Assembly (NCBI GenBank): GCA_951406725.2
Contig: OX597843.1
Span: forward strand, 4,526,001-4,590,000
Length of the DNA stretch: 64,000 bases
DNA from: Octopus vulgaris
Taxonomy: Eukaryota
Direction of reading: 5' to 3'
Position numbers and translations under genes: made by a program. The notes under the pieces are model-generated. The model saw nothing but the letters and a program-made list of their open reading frames with translations. It ran no database searches and was not told the origin of the DNA. Of this stretch, positions 1-13,625 are shown piece by piece (the first letter of the stretch is position 1; every line of letters begins with the position of its first letter).

Positions 1-3000
1 CCAAATTAGGGTTATAGTCAAATTTTTGAGCCTCCGCATGGGTGTTGAAAAGCACACCCACCATTGTGTACCTCACACCCCAGTGGATAAACCTAAAATT
101 TGGCTACTGCCACGAACTTTTTTGCTGGCTCATGCAGCTGGTTTGCTTCTTGAATTATTTCGACCAACATCCTCGGTCGAAATTGATTCTTACATAGTAA
201 AGTTTTCAATTATACTCCCTAAAAACAGTCAAATTTGAGAAGGCAATAAACAGAACAACTTTTGTTGGATCCATTTTTACGAGTCTTTCCACTCCTTTGA
301 TGTCACTCATCTAAATTTTATCAGTGATTCTCAGATGCGCCATGTGGGGTCTCAATTTTTGGTTAAATATTTATAAAAATGTCGATGATGAGGATTAGAG
401 GAAAGAGGCAAAGAAAGAAATGAAATATTATGGACAAATTTATGTGGTTACTTAGCAACATTTCATATTCTGTATAAAATAATAAACAGTCAAATTTGAG
501 AAGGCAATAAACAGAACAACTTTTGTTGGATCCTTTTTTATTAATTTTTTAACTCCTTCGATATCATTCATCCAAATTTTCTCAGTGTTTCTCGTATGCA
601 CCATGTGGGATCTGGATTGTCTTTTATGAGCATCTGAACTCCTTCAATGTCACTGATCAAAATTTTCTCTGTGATTCATTGAAAAGAAAGTTTATTTCTT
701 TTGAATCTTAAACACTAGCAGTTGTCCTCTGATGTTTGAGATTTGGTTGGGTAGAGAGATGCCAAGGTCCTAAGACACTGCTGATTGAGTCCATAAGGTG
801 AAAATTGCTTTTGACCTGACACAATCAGCCGCCGTTGTGTACCTTGCACCCCAGTGGATAAACCTAAAATTTGGCAGGTATCCTACCAACTCGTTTTCTA
901 TATCAAAATTGCTTTTGACCCTACCCAATCAAACGCTGGCCAAATTTTTACATTTAAGAGCCTTGCATGGTCACCACCCAGACCCCAAAAGATGGGTATC
1001 TTCTATCCATTCGGTTTCTATTCCGGGTGACAGCCCACACCCTCAGGCGCTTGTCAATTTTTGCCCACCATAGGTGGGGAGAAACCAAATTAGGGTTATA
1101 GTCAAATTTTTGAGCCTCCGCAGGGGTGTCGAAAAGCACACCCACCGTTGTGTACCTCGCACCCCAGTGGATAAACCTAAAATTTGGCTACTGCCGCGAA
1201 CTTTTTTGCTGGCTCATCCAGCTGGTTTGCTTCTTGAATTATTTCGACCAACATACTCGGTCAAAATTGATTCTTACATTGTAAAGTTTTCAATTATACT
1301 CCCTAAAAACAGTCAAATTTGAGGAGGCAATAAACAACAACTTTTGTTGGATCCTTTTTTATTAAATTTTTAACCCCTTCAATGTCATCCATCCAAATTT
1401 TCTCAGTGATTCTCGTATGCGCCATGTGGGATCTGGATTGTCTTTTATGAGCGTCTGAACTCCTTCGATGTCTGCAGAGCCAAGCCTTTACGAATCAGTA
1501 CCAATTACACCCCCTTGCCTTCCGGACCGGCTAGGAGACATGATTTTCTCATAGTCATTCAGGAGGGGCTAGAAGGCTTGTAGACTGTCCAGCTTGGTCT
1601 CTGTAGCAACCATCACATGCATATCGTGTGATCTGAGGTCGTCGAGGAAACAAGCTTTTTTTTTTGCTTGCTCATGCAGCTGGTTTGCTTCTTGAATTAT
1701 TTCGACCAACATACTCGGTCGAAATTGATTCTCACATAATAAAGTTTTCAATTATACTCCCTAAAAACGGTCAAATTTGAGAAGGCAATAAACAGAACAA
1801 CTTTTGTTGGATCCATTTTTACGAGTCTTTCCACTCCTTTGATGTCACTCATCTAAATTTTATCAGTGATTCTCAGATGTGCCATGTGGGATCTCAATTT
1901 TTGGTTAAATATTTATAAAAATGTCAATGATGAGGATTAGAGGAAAGAGGCAAAGAAAGAAATGAAATATTATGGACAAATTTATGTGGTTACTTAGCAA
2001 CATTTCATATTCTGTATAAAATAATAAACAGTCAAATTTGAGAAGGCAATAAACAGAACAACTTTTGTTGGATCCTTACTTATTAATTTTTTAACTCCTT
2101 CGATGTCATTCATCCAAATTTTCTCAGTGTTTCTCGTATGCGCCATGTGGGATCTGGATTGTCTTTTATGAGTGTCTGAACTCCTTCGATGGCTGCAGAG
2201 CCAAGCCTTTACGAATCAGTACCAATTACACCCCCTTGCCTTCCGGACCGGCTAGGAGACATGATTTTCTCATAGTCATTCAGGAGGGGCTAGAAGGCTT
2301 GTAGACTGTCCAGCTTGGTCTCTGTAGCAACCATCACATGCATATCGTGTGATCTGAGGTCGTCGAGGAAACAAGCTTTTTTTTCTGCTGGCTCATGCAG
2401 CTGGTTTGCTTCTTGAATTATTTCGACCAACATACTCGGTCGAAATTGATTCTTACATAGTAAAGTTTTCAATTATACTCCCTAAAAACAGTCAAATTTG
2501 AGAAGGCAATAAACAGAACAACTTTTGTTGGATCCATTTTTACGAGTCTTTCCACTCCTTTGATGTCACTCATCTAAATTTTATCAGTGATTCTCAGATG
2601 CGCCATGTGGGGTCTCAATTTTTGGTTAAATATTTATAAAAATGTCGATGATGAGGATTAGAGGAAAGAGGCAAAGAAAGAAATGAAATATTATGGACAA
2701 ATTTATGTGGTTACTTAGCAACATTTCATATTCTGTATAAAATAATAAACAGTCAAATTTGAGAAGGCAATAAACAGAACAACTTTTGTTGGATCCTTTT
2801 TTATTAATTTTTTAACTCCTTCGATATCATTCATCCAAATTTTCTCAGTGTTTCTCGTATGCACCATGTGGGATCTGGATTCTCTTTTATGAGCGTCTGA
2901 ACTCCTTCGATGTCACTCATTAAAATTTTCTCTGTGATTCATTGAAAAGAAAGTTCATTTCTTCTTTGAATCTTAAACACTAGCAGTTGTCCTCTGATGT

Positions 3001-6000
3001 TTGAGATTTGGTTGGGTAGAGAGATGCCAAGGTCCTAAGACACTGCTGATTGAGTCCATAAGGTGAAAATTGCTTTTGACCTGACACAATCAGCCGCCGT
3101 TGTGTACCTTGCACCCCAGTGAATAAACCTAAAATTTGGCAGGTATCCTACCAACTCGTTTTCTATATCAAAATTGCTTTTGACCCTACCCAATCAAACG
3201 CTGGCCAAATTTTTACATTTAAGAGCCTTGCATGGTCACCACCCAGACCCCAAAAGATGGGTATCTTCTATCCATTCGGTTTCTATTCCGGGTGACAGCC
3301 CACACCCTCAGGCGCTTGTCAATTTTTGCCCACCATAGGTGGGGAGAAACCAAATTAGGGTTATAGTCAAATTTTTGAGCCTCCGCAGGGGTGTCGAAAA
3401 GCACACCCACCGTTGTGTACCTCGCACCCCAGTGGATAAACCTAAAATTTGGCTACTGCCGCGAACTTTTTTGCTGGCTCATCCAGCTGGTTTGCTTCTT
3501 GAATTATTTCGACCAACATACTCGGTCAAAATTGATTCTTACATTGTAAAGTTTTCAATTATACTCCCTAAAAACAGTCAAATTTGAGGAGGCAATAAAC
3601 AACAACTTTTGTTGGATCCTTTTTTATTAAATTTTTAACCCCTTCAATGTCATCCATCCAAATTTTCTCAGTGATTCTCGTATGCGCCATGTGGGATCTG
3701 GATTGTCTTTTATGAGCGTCTGAACTCCTTCGATGTCTGCAGAGCCAAGCCTTTACGAATCAGTACCAATTACACCCCCTTGCCTTCCGGACCGGCTAGG
3801 AGACATGATTTTCTCATAGTCATTCAGGAGGGGCTAGAAGGCTTGTAGACTGTCCAGCTTGGTCTCTGTAGCAACCATCACATGCATATCGTGTGATCTG
3901 AGGTCGTCGAGGAAACAAGCTTTTTTTTTTGCTTGCTCATGCAGCTGGTTTGCTTCTTGAATTATTTCGACCAACATACTCGGTCGAAATTGATTCTCAC
4001 ATAATAAAGTTTTCAATTATACTCCCTAAAAACGGTCAAATTTGAGAAGGCAATAAACAGAACAACTTTTGTTGGATCCATTTTTACGAGTCTTTCCACT
4101 CCTTTGATGTCACTCATCTAAATTTTATCAGTGATTCTCAGATGTGCCATGTGGGATCTCAATTTTTGGTTAAATATTTATAAAAATGTCAATGATGAGG
4201 ATTAGAGGAAAGAGGCAAAGAAAGAAATGAAATATTATGGACAAATTTATGTGGTTACTTAGCAACATTTCATATTCTGTATAAAATAATAAACAGTCAA
4301 ATTTGAGAAGGCAATAAACAGAACAACTTTTGTTGGATCCTTACTTATTAATTTTTTAACTCCTTCGATGTCATTCATCCAAATTTTCTCAGTGTTTCTC
4401 GTATGCGCCATGTGGGATCTGGATTGTCTTTTATGAGTGTCTGAACTCCTTCGATGGCTGCAGAGCCAAGCCTTTACGAATCAGTACCAATTACACCCCC
4501 TTGCCTTCCGGACCGGCTAGGAGACATGATTTTCTCATAGTATTCAGGAGGGGCTAGTCTGAACTCCTTTCGATGCTGCGAGCTGAGCCTACGATCAGAC
4601 CACTACACTCCCTTGGACCGGCTAGAGACATGATTTTCTCATAGTCATTCGGGCGAAGGCTTGTAGACTGTCCAGCTTGGTCTCTGTAGCAACCATCACA
4701 TGCATATCGTGTGATCTGAGGTCGTCGAGGAAACAAGCTTTTTTTTTTTTGCTGGCTCATGCAGCTGGTTTGCTTCTTGAATTATTTCGACCAACATACT
4801 CGGTCGAAATTGATTCTTACATAGTAAAGTTTTGAATTATACTCCCTAAAAACAGTCAAATTTGAGAAGGCAATAAACAGAACAACTTTTGTTGGATCCA
4901 TTTTTACGAGTCTTTCCACTCCTTTGATGTCACTCATCTAAATTTTATCAGTGATTCTCAGATGCGCCATGTGGGGTCTCAATTTTTGGTTAAATATTTA
5001 TAAAAATGTTGATGATGAGGATTAGAGGAAAGAGGCAAAGAAAGAAATGAAATATTATGGACAAATTTATGTGGTTACTTAGCAACATTTCATATTCTGT
5101 ATAAAATAATAAACAGTCAAATTTGAGAAGGCAATAAACAGAACAACTTTTGTTGGATCCTTTTTTATTAATTTTTTAACTCCTTCGATATCATTCATCC
5201 AAATTTTCTCAGTGTTTCTCGTATGCACCATGTGGGATCTGGATTCTCTTTTATGAGCGTCTGAACTCCTTCGATGTCACTCATTAAAATTTTCTCTGTG
5301 ATTCATTGAAAAGAAAGTTTATTTCTTTTGAATCTTAAACACTAGCAGTTGTCCTCTGATGTTTGAGATTTGGTTGGGTAGAGAGATGCCAAGGTCCTAA
5401 GACACTGCTGATTGAGTCCATAAGGTGAAAATTGCTTTTGACCTGACACAATCAGCCGCCGTTGTGTACCTTGCACCCCAGTGGATAAACCTAAAATTTG
5501 GCAGGTATCCTACCAACTCGTTTTCTATATCAAAATTGCTTTTGACCCTACCCAATCAAACGCTGGCCAAATTTTTACATTTAAGAGCCTTGCATGGTCA
5601 CCACCCAGACCCCAAAAGATGGGTATCTTCTATCCATTCAGTTTCTATTCCGGGTGACAGCCCACACCCTCAGGCGCTTGTCAATTTTTGCCCACCATAG
5701 GTGGGGAGAAACCAAATTAGGGTTAGAGTCAAATTTTGAGCCTCCGCAGGGGTGTCAAAAAGCACACCCACCGTTGTGTACCTCACACCCCAGTGGATAA
5801 ACCTAAAATTTGGCTACTGCTGCGAACTTTTTGCTGGCTCATCCAGCTGGTTTGCTTCTTGAATTATTTCGACCAACATACTCGGTCAAAATTGATTCTT
5901 ACATTGTAAAGTTTTCAATTATACTCCCTAAAAACAGTCAAATTTGAGAAGGCAATAAACAGAACAACTTTTGTTGGATCCTTTTTTATTAAATTTTTAA

Positions 6001-6689
6001 CCCCTTTGATGTCATTCATCCAAATTCTATCAGTTATTCTCGTATGCGCCATGTGGGATCTCAATTTTTGGTTAAATATTTAAAAAATGTCAATAAAGAG
6101 AACAACTTACTTTTGTTGGATCCATTCTTATTATATTTCTAACCCCTTCGATGTCACCATTCCTAATTTTCTCAGTGATACTCGTATGCGCCATGTGGGA
6201 TCTGGATTGTCTTTTATGAGCGTCTGAACTACTTCGATGTCTTCAGAGCCAAGCCTTTACGAATCAGTACCAATTACACCCCCTTGCCTTCCGGACCGGC
6301 TAGGAGACATGATTTTCTCATAGTCATTCAGGAGGGGCTAGAAGGCTTGTAGACTGTCCAGCTTGGTCTCTGTAGCAACCATCACATGCATATCGTGTGA
6401 TCTGAGGTCGTCGAGGAAACAAGCTTTTTTTTTTTTTTGCTGGCTCATGCAGCTGGTTTGCTTCTTGAATTATTTCGACCAACATACTCGGTCAAAATTG
6501 AGTCTTACTTAGTAAAGTTTTCAATTATACTCCCTAAAAACAGTCAAATTTGAGAAGGCAATAAACAGAACAACTTTTGTTGGATCCTTTTTTATTAATT
6601 TTTCCACTCCTTTGATGTCATTCATCCAAATTTGTCTTTTATGAGCGTCTGAACTACTTCGATGGCTGCAGAGCCAAGCCTTTACGTAT

Positions 6690-7045
6690 CAGTACCAATT
6701 ACACCCCCTTGCCTTCCGGACCGGCTAGGAGACATGATTTTCTCATAGTCATTCAGGAGGGGCTAGAAGGCTTGTAGACTGTCCAGCTTGGTCTCTGTAG
6801 CAACCATCGCATGTAGATTGTGTTATCTGAGGTTGTCCAGGAAAGAAACTTGCTTCCACTTCGAGCTCAGACCACGCACATTCAAACACCCAAGGTTAAG
6901 TGCAGTCATTTAAAACAAAAGAAATGCAAGGGTTCTACTTACTCTTTGACTTTTTCTATTTCTGGCGGCACATCCGTGACTGTGATTTTCGAAGTTCTCT
7001 TTCCTGAGTAAGTCGGGAGCAGAACTACTTCTGCCAACTTCACTG
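6690..7045 (-). mobile_element. Non-LTR retrotransposon fragment (ORF1 piece plus ORF2 APE endonuclease start, L1/Tx1-like), repeated in the array
   Basis: The minus strand reads VVLLPTYSGKRTSKITVTDVPPEI, then LNLGCLNVRGL...MVATETKLD, the NVRGL and xETK motifs of APE endonucleases. Other copies lie at about 10,000-10,440 and 11,320-11,545. Confidence 0.7.
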
Positions 7046-7395
7046 TCCTTGTTGAATCCATTCTTATCATATTTTCAACCCCTTTCATGTCACCCATCCA
7101 AAATTTTCTCAGTGATTCTCGTATGCACCCTGTGGGATCTGGATTGTCTTTTATGAAAATTTCAGCTCCTTCGATGTCACCCATCCAAATTTTATCAGTG
7201 ATTCTCGTATGCGCCATGTGGGGTCTCAATTTTTGGTTAAATATTTATAAAAATGTCAATGATGAGGATTAGAGGAAAGAGGCAAAGAAAGAAATGAAAT
7301 ATTATGGAAAAATTTATGTGGTTACTTAGCAACATTTCATATTGTGTATAAAATAATAAACAGTCAAATTTGAGAAGGCAATAAACAGAACAACT

Positions 7396-9010
7396 GGCAC
7401 TGTCATGCTTTTAGTTGTCAGGAGGAAAGTAGAAAAAGTGTGACGTCACTTGTCCACCTTCGTTTCTTTCCGTAGAATTTATCAAATTAAAAAACGCAAA
7501 GTTTATCAAAAACGCGTGTAAATATATCAAATTAATAAACGCAAATTATTTAGAATGTAAAAATATAATTTTCAACAGAGAGAATTTATCAAAATATAAA
7601 ACAAATGAAGCTTGAAGTTAAGTTTAAAAATAAATGTGATACTTATGCTCTGTAGATACTTATACTCTCTAAGGTCTCAGACACATTGATATAGCTGTCG
7701 AATTTGCTCCAATAACTTTCCGAATATATCGTCCTTAAATTCATAACGCCACATGAATTCGATGAGATGGGTCTGAAGTAAATTTCGGGCTGTTCCATTT
7801 TCTCTTTTGTTGCGATTCTTTACATGTTTCCATAAACAGTCTATGTGGTTGGTTTTGGCAAATGTTACCGGATCAACAAAATTTATTGAATGATTCACGG
7901 TCAAATGCCTGTATCCTAGCTGATTGAGCGTATTATACTAACGCCAGAGGTCGGAAATTATGGTTGTACCAGGCAATATACGGTCTTGTATAATTTGTAA
8001 AAGGGTATCCGCTCTCCGATCTTCCACTGCCACTAATAAACATCTTCTGGTATCTCTTATGATAATCTCTTTCTAAAGCGCCAAATACCCACTGCGTTTT
8101 AACCCGATGGCCAACATTATATTTCTTTCTAACAAACGCGCTTTCGTCTATCTCTACAATTCGGTTCGGCCCTCCGAGCTTAATGTTTTGTGCAACATAA
8201 TATTCTGCACATATATCACGGCAAAAATTCCTCCAATCTGTTACGGCTACATTTGCTATATGACATTCCTGTCCTATTCCCTTGGCTAAATCTTCTTTTG
8301 CCCAATAATGCAATATATCTATAATTTGTTGACACTTCAATTTACTATTTTCTAAAAATGTTCCTTTTCTAACTGAAACGGTTTTCCTACAAGGCCTTCC
8401 ACATGGCCATATTACTTCATCCGACAAATTTTTTTCCGCTATTTCACTCATGCTACCTCCACACAATATACATATTTTCTGGGTATTCAAAAGGCCATGT
8501 CTCTTAAGCCAATTAATGCTATCTGCTGCTGTAGCCGTGGCGATGGCAATATCGCGGTGATTAATTCCTTTTAGACTTGGATATGCAGAAGCCATATTGA
8601 AAATTTTTTGGCACGTGTTGATATCAAAGAGAAGAACTTTCAAACTTTGAATTACGCGCGGTTTCAGTGGTGGTAGTGGTGGTCAGTGGTCATTCTGATT
8701 GGTGTATGTGATCACGGTGGTGGGGGTGGGGGTGGTCATTTGTGCAGATTTCGTGTGATTTCTTTTTTAAAAACAATAATGAATAATGCAAGAATATATT
8801 TATTTATAAAGTTTAAACAGAACATGGAATGAAATGTATTTATTTATAAACTTTAAACTGAACTTCAATTGTTTTATAAACCTAACAGCGTGGTGGTAGG
8901 TAAATAAACGGAGTAAATTAACGAAGGTATAAACTTGACGATGGAAATACACGAAGTTGACTTCTGATTTTTCTACTTTCACTTCAGACGACTAAAGGCA
9001 TGACAGTGCC
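7396..9010 (-). mobile_element. Merlin (IS1595/ISXO2-like) DNA transposon, full length
   Basis: TIRs GGCACTGTCATGCTTTTAGTTGTC (7396) and GACGACTAAAGGCATGACAGTGCC (ends 9010). Flanks GAACAACT/AAACAACT form a 7/8 match to an 8-bp TSD. Transposase inside. Confidence 0.93.
7677..8643 (-). pseudogene. Merlin/IS1595-family DDE transposase, frameshifted
   Basis: N-terminal Cys zinc ribbon, IVEIDESAFVRKKYNVGHRVKTQWVFGALER, and TVNHSINFVDP...TNHIDCLWKHVK, split over ORFs 7933-8643 and 7677-7904. Confidence 0.9.
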
Positions 9011-10439
9011 AAACAACTTACTATTGTTCGATCCTTTTTTATTAAATCTTTAACCCCTTCGATGTCACCCATCCCAAATTTTCTCAGTGATTCTCATATG
9101 CACCATGTGGCATCTGGATTGTCTTTTATGAGCATTTGAAATCCTTCGATGTCACCCATCGAAAATTTTCTCTCATTCTCGTATGCGCCATGTGGGATCT
9201 CAATTTTTGGTTAAATATTTATAAAAATGTCGATGATGAGGATTTGAGGAAAAAGGCGAAGAAAGAAATGAAATATTATGGACAAATTTATGTGGTTACT
9301 TAGCAACATTTCATATTGTGTATAAAATAATAAACAGTCAAATTTGAGAAGGCAATAAACAGAACAATTTTTGTTGGATCCTTACTTATTAATTTTTTAA
9401 CTCCTTCGATGTCACCCATCCACATTTTCTCAGTGATACTCGTATGCACCATGTGGGATCTGTATTGTCTCTTATGAGCGTCTGAACTCCTTCGATGTCT
9501 GCAGAGCCAAGCCTTTACGAATCAGTACCAATTACACCCCCTTGCCTTCCGGACCGGCTAGGAGACATGATTTTCTCATAGTCATTCAGGAGGGGCGAGA
9601 AGGCTTGTAGACTGTCCAGCTTGGTCTCTGTAGCAACCATCGCATGCATATCGTGTGATCTGAGGTCGTCGAGGAAACAAGCTTTTTTTTTTTTGCTGGC
9701 TCATGCAGCTGGTTTGCTTCTTGAATTATTTCGACCAACATACTCGGTCGAAATTGATTCTTACATTGTAAAGTTTTCAATTATACTCCCTAAAAACAGT
9801 CAAATTTGAGAAGGCAATAAACAGAACAACTTTTGTTGGATCCTTACTTATTAATTTTTTAACTCCTTCGATGTCACCCATCCACATTTTCTCAGTGATA
9901 CTCGTATGCACCATGTGGGATCTGTATTGTCTCTTATGAGCGTCTGAACTCTTCGATGTCTGCAGAGCCAAGCCTTTACGAATCAGTACCAATTACACCC
10001 CCTTGCCTTCCGGACCGGCTAGGAGACATGATTTTCTCATAGTCATTCAGGAGGGGCGAGAAGGCTTGTAGACTGTCCAGCTTGGTCTCTGTAGCAACCA
10101 TCACATGTAGATTGTGTTATCTGAGGTTGTCCAGGAAATAAGCTTGCTTCCATTTCGAGCTCAGACCACTTACATTCAAACACCCAAGGTTAAGTGCAGT
10201 CATATAAAACAAAAGAAATGCAAGGGTTCTACCTACTCTTGACTTATTTTATTTCTGGTAGAATATCCGTGACTATGATTTTCGAAGTTCTCTTTCCTAA
10301 GTAAGTCGGGAGCAGAACTACTTCTGCCGACTTCAATGTCCTTGTTGAATGTTCCCTAGCTTTTTCTTTGCTAGGGAAACGCACCTCTACAATGCCGAAG
10401 CGACTACCCTTCGTTATGTAACTTGTTTGTTGCCATATC

Positions 10440-10690
10440 AGCCTCAAGCATTTTTGGATTGCTTCCCTCAGTACAAAATCGATTTTTTTATTCTTGACAG
10501 TTTTTCTATCACAGCTTTTTTCCTCAACAGTTCTCGTAGCAGTGCAAACAGCTGCAAACCTATTTTCAGGCAATGTTTATATACCTTGTAGCTCACTCCA
10601 TTGTTCCCTGGTGAACTTTTTGCTCTTGCTTTTCTTATGAACTCATCCATTTCTTTCCGTTTGATGTCACTCAAATCAAATGGTACTCTT
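10440..10690 (-). mobile_element. Reverse-transcriptase N-terminal fragment of an R2/HERO-like non-LTR element
   Basis: FIRKARAKSSPGNNGVSYKVYKHC resembles the RT region-0 motif SSPGxNGVxY. Confidence 0.6.
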
Positions 10691-11190
10691 CTGGCGGCAC
10701 TTCTGCAATCTTGACCCAGGACGTCCTCTGTCCCATATAGGTCAGCAGAAGTACCACCTCCTTAGTTTTTAGGGGACTCACGGAATTCCCGCAGGCCACC
10801 TCTTCCCCCGAGGAGCTGTTCTCCTTCCCATGTATGTTGGGAGCAACACCACATCCTTTGTTTTTAGATGACTCACTGAGTGCTCGTGCGCTTTTCGTTC
10901 GTCTTGAATCTGGCCTTTATTGTTCCATATGCCCGGCCCCTCACTATGCATTTTATATCTTTCCATATAGGGACCAGGTATTTTTCTATTTCACATTCAC
11001 ACTTTTCGAAGTGCTTAAATTTTTTTGATGAAAGATGGTACGTTTTGTAAACGACTGTCCTCTTCATATTTTCAACACTAGGGGAGGGTGAGATCTTTAT
11101 ATCCCCACCCTCCTCTTTCATTCTCTGGAAAAGCTCAAAGAGCTTCTCTGTTTCAATCATAATACCTCTTGAAGACACAGCGGCTACTGC
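10690..11190 (-). mobile_element. LINE ORF1-like fragment, same family as the 6.9-kb piece
   Basis: LKTKDVVLLPTYMGRRTA and the upstream KRTVVYKTY...LVPIWKDIKCIVRG are paralogous to VVLLPTYLGKRTSKI. Confidence 0.55.
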
Positions 11191-11984
11191 CGCAAACTTT
11201 TTTGCTGGCTCGTCCAGCTGGTTTGCTTCTTGAATTATTTCGACCAACATACTCGGTCAAAATTGAATTCTTACATTGTAAAGTTTTCAATTATACTCCC
11301 TAAAAACAGTCAAATTTTTAGGTCGTCGAGGAAAGAAACTTGCTTCCACTTTGAGCTCAGACCACGCACATTCAAACACCCAAGGTTAAGTGCAGTCATT
11401 TAAAACAAAAGAAATGCAAGGGTTCTACCTACTCTTTGACTTTTTTTAATTTCTGGTGGAATATCCGTGACTGTGATTTTCGAAGTTCTCTTTCCTAAGT
11501 AAGTCGGGAGCAGAACTACTTCTGCCAACTTCACTGTCCTTTTTGAATCCATTCTTATTATATTTTTAACCCCTTTGATGTCATCCATCCAAAGTTACTC
11601 TAATTTTCGCATGTGCTATGTGGGATCTGGATTGTCTTTTATTAAATTTTCCACTCCTTTAATGTCATTCATCCAAATTTTCTCAGTGATTCTCGGATGC
11701 GCCATGTGGGATCTCAATTTTTGGTTAAATATTTATAAAAATGTCGATGATGAGGATTAGAGGAAAGAGGCAAAGAAAGAAATGAAATATTATGGACAAA
11801 TATATCTGGTTACTTAGCAACATTTCATATTGTGTATAAAATAATAAATAGTCAAATTTGAGAAGGCAATAAACAGAACAACTTACTATTGTTGGATCCA
11901 TTCTTATTAAATCTTTAACTCCTTCAATGTCACTCATCCAAATTTTGTCAGTGATTCTCGTGTGTGCGCCATGTGGAAATATGA

Positions 11985-12900
11985 CTCATGGCTGCCTCAT
12001 CCCAAATGTTAAGGTTGCCCTCATTGAGAAGATTCCCCATGGCTGAGCCACGACTAACATTGCAAGTTGGATTTCCCTTTTTGGTCAAGTCTGGTGGTCA
12101 CTTGAAGGCTGAGTGTGCCGTACGACCGCCATGCAGTAGAGTTGCTGCAATGCTGCTGGATGCAACCGCTATGGCAATCCAATTTTCCTGGCGAATTTTT
12201 GTCGAGCAGGAGGTTCATGAGAAAAGCTTTTCCATTTCCGCCAGGAACATCCAAGAAAAACGAAGTCGTCCTTCGTTAGAATTACCACTGTTGAGGATCT
12301 TGTTGTATGCAATTCTCTGTACTTCCAAAAGTCTAGGCTCATCCTGAGCAACCTGTGCTGCCATTTCTTGCGTGTTGTAGCTCTCAACTCTCGCATGTAC
12401 TCAGCAGTCAAAGCATTTGGAATGTCCCACGGAGTCGGCAAACCGAAATCTGAGGACGCCAATACCTCCCATAGTTTGCAGTCGCGATTCCAAATCGAGG
12501 AGGGCTTTTTTGTAGAAGACTTTATTGGGGTCAAATGCAGGCATTGGATCCTAGGCTTGAAATCTTCGGAGACAGTCTTCGGACCAACTATCTTTAACCC
12601 TTTAATGTTCGCATTATTCTGCCAAAATTTATGCTTTTTCATCCACACTGTTTTGAACTAATCATGCATCATCTTGTAGCTATGAGATTTTGATGAGGTA
12701 GCTATTAATTTTTAAGATGATATTGTAGGGTTGGTGTGAGAGACCAGATCTGGCCAGTTTGAACATAAAACGGGTAGAATATTTTTGGCCAGATATGGCT
12801 GGTTTAAATGCTAAAGGGTTAAATGTCTCCCACAAAAGAAGAGGGTCAGACGTATTACTGAATAATAGCAAGATGAGACAAGAGCCTTCTTCTAACAGTT
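11985..12900 (-). mobile_element. Helitron RepHel (PIF1-like helicase) relic
   Basis: Motifs SDPLLLWETFKDSWSED (after removing a MITE), DFGLPTP, LDVPGGNGKAFLMNLLL (Walker A region), IAVASSSIAATLLHGGRTAHSAFK and IWDEAAMSH, across frameshifts. Confidence 0.88.
12598..12818. mobile_element. piggyBac-type MITE inserted in the Helitron
   Basis: TTAA|CCCTTTA...TAAAGGG|TTAA. Removing it restores the Helitron reading frame. Confidence 0.85.
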
Positions 12901-13099
12901 ATGGTTGATATTTATGAAGTACTTGTCTCATTGAAGTCTGCACAGAGCTCCAACGATGTCTTTCTCCTGTTTCTGAGCAACTGATGGATGATAGATCTGT
13001 CTTCACGAAGAGATGTAACCTTTTTTTCCTTCATATTTTTTTGTATCGTCTTCACATCTTTTGTCCCCTGAAGTGCTTGAAAGTCGTTGGCACCACACA

Positions 13100-13385
13100 T
13101 CATCATCATCATTATCATCATCATCATTTAACGTCCGCTTTCCATGCTAGCATGGGTTGGACGGTTCGACCGGGGTCTAGGGAGCCAGGGGCTGCTCCAG
13201 GCTCCAGTCTGATCTGGCAGAGTTTCTACACCTGGATGCCCTTCCTAACGCCAATCACTCCGCGAGTGTAGTGGGTGCTTTTTACGTGCCACCTGCACAG
13301 AAGCCAGTCGAGGCGGCGCTGGCATCGACCACGTTCAGATGGTGCTTTTTATGTGTCACCGGCACAGGTATCACAACTACTGTTT
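13100..13385 (-). mobile_element. SINE or RTE-tail repeat (AGGAAGGGCATCCAG core, (GAT)n tail)
   Basis: Same family at about 29,255-29,540, 32,005-32,290, 40,030-40,180 and 58,936-59,285. Confidence 0.7.
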
Positions 13386-13625
13386 CCATTGATATTTGGT
13401 TGGAGAATATTTCGTCTTCTGAGCAATTTGCCTTTGAGAAATTCCATCTTCATGATGAGCTTATGATTTGACCTCACTCACACACATTCAACTCCCCTGT
13501 TTTAGCCATTTTACTGTTTATTAATTGTATCTACGGCGTATTTCAGCATAAAACTCTGAAATAATCAGGGAAACATGAGTTAATTTTAGACGTTGGTCTT
13601 ACTCATAATTAGTTGCGATTTTCTT

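Larger units (their letters stand above)
1..11980. repeat. Mosaic higher-order tandem array (period about 2265 bp, 721-bp and about 80-bp sub-periods), more degenerate after about 6 kb
   Basis: Identical ORFs recur at fixed offsets: 954/3219, 1074/3339 and 1569/3834 (2265 bp); 1569/2290 (721 bp). The module CAGTCAAATTTGAGAAGGCAATAAACAGAACAACTTTTGTTGGATCC recurs many times. Confidence 0.92.

Noticed and set aside
7677-8643. IS1595-like transposase as bacterial contamination or recent bacterial transfer
   Set aside because: Merlin elements are established eukaryotic relatives of IS1595, and this one is integrated with a TSD in host repeats.
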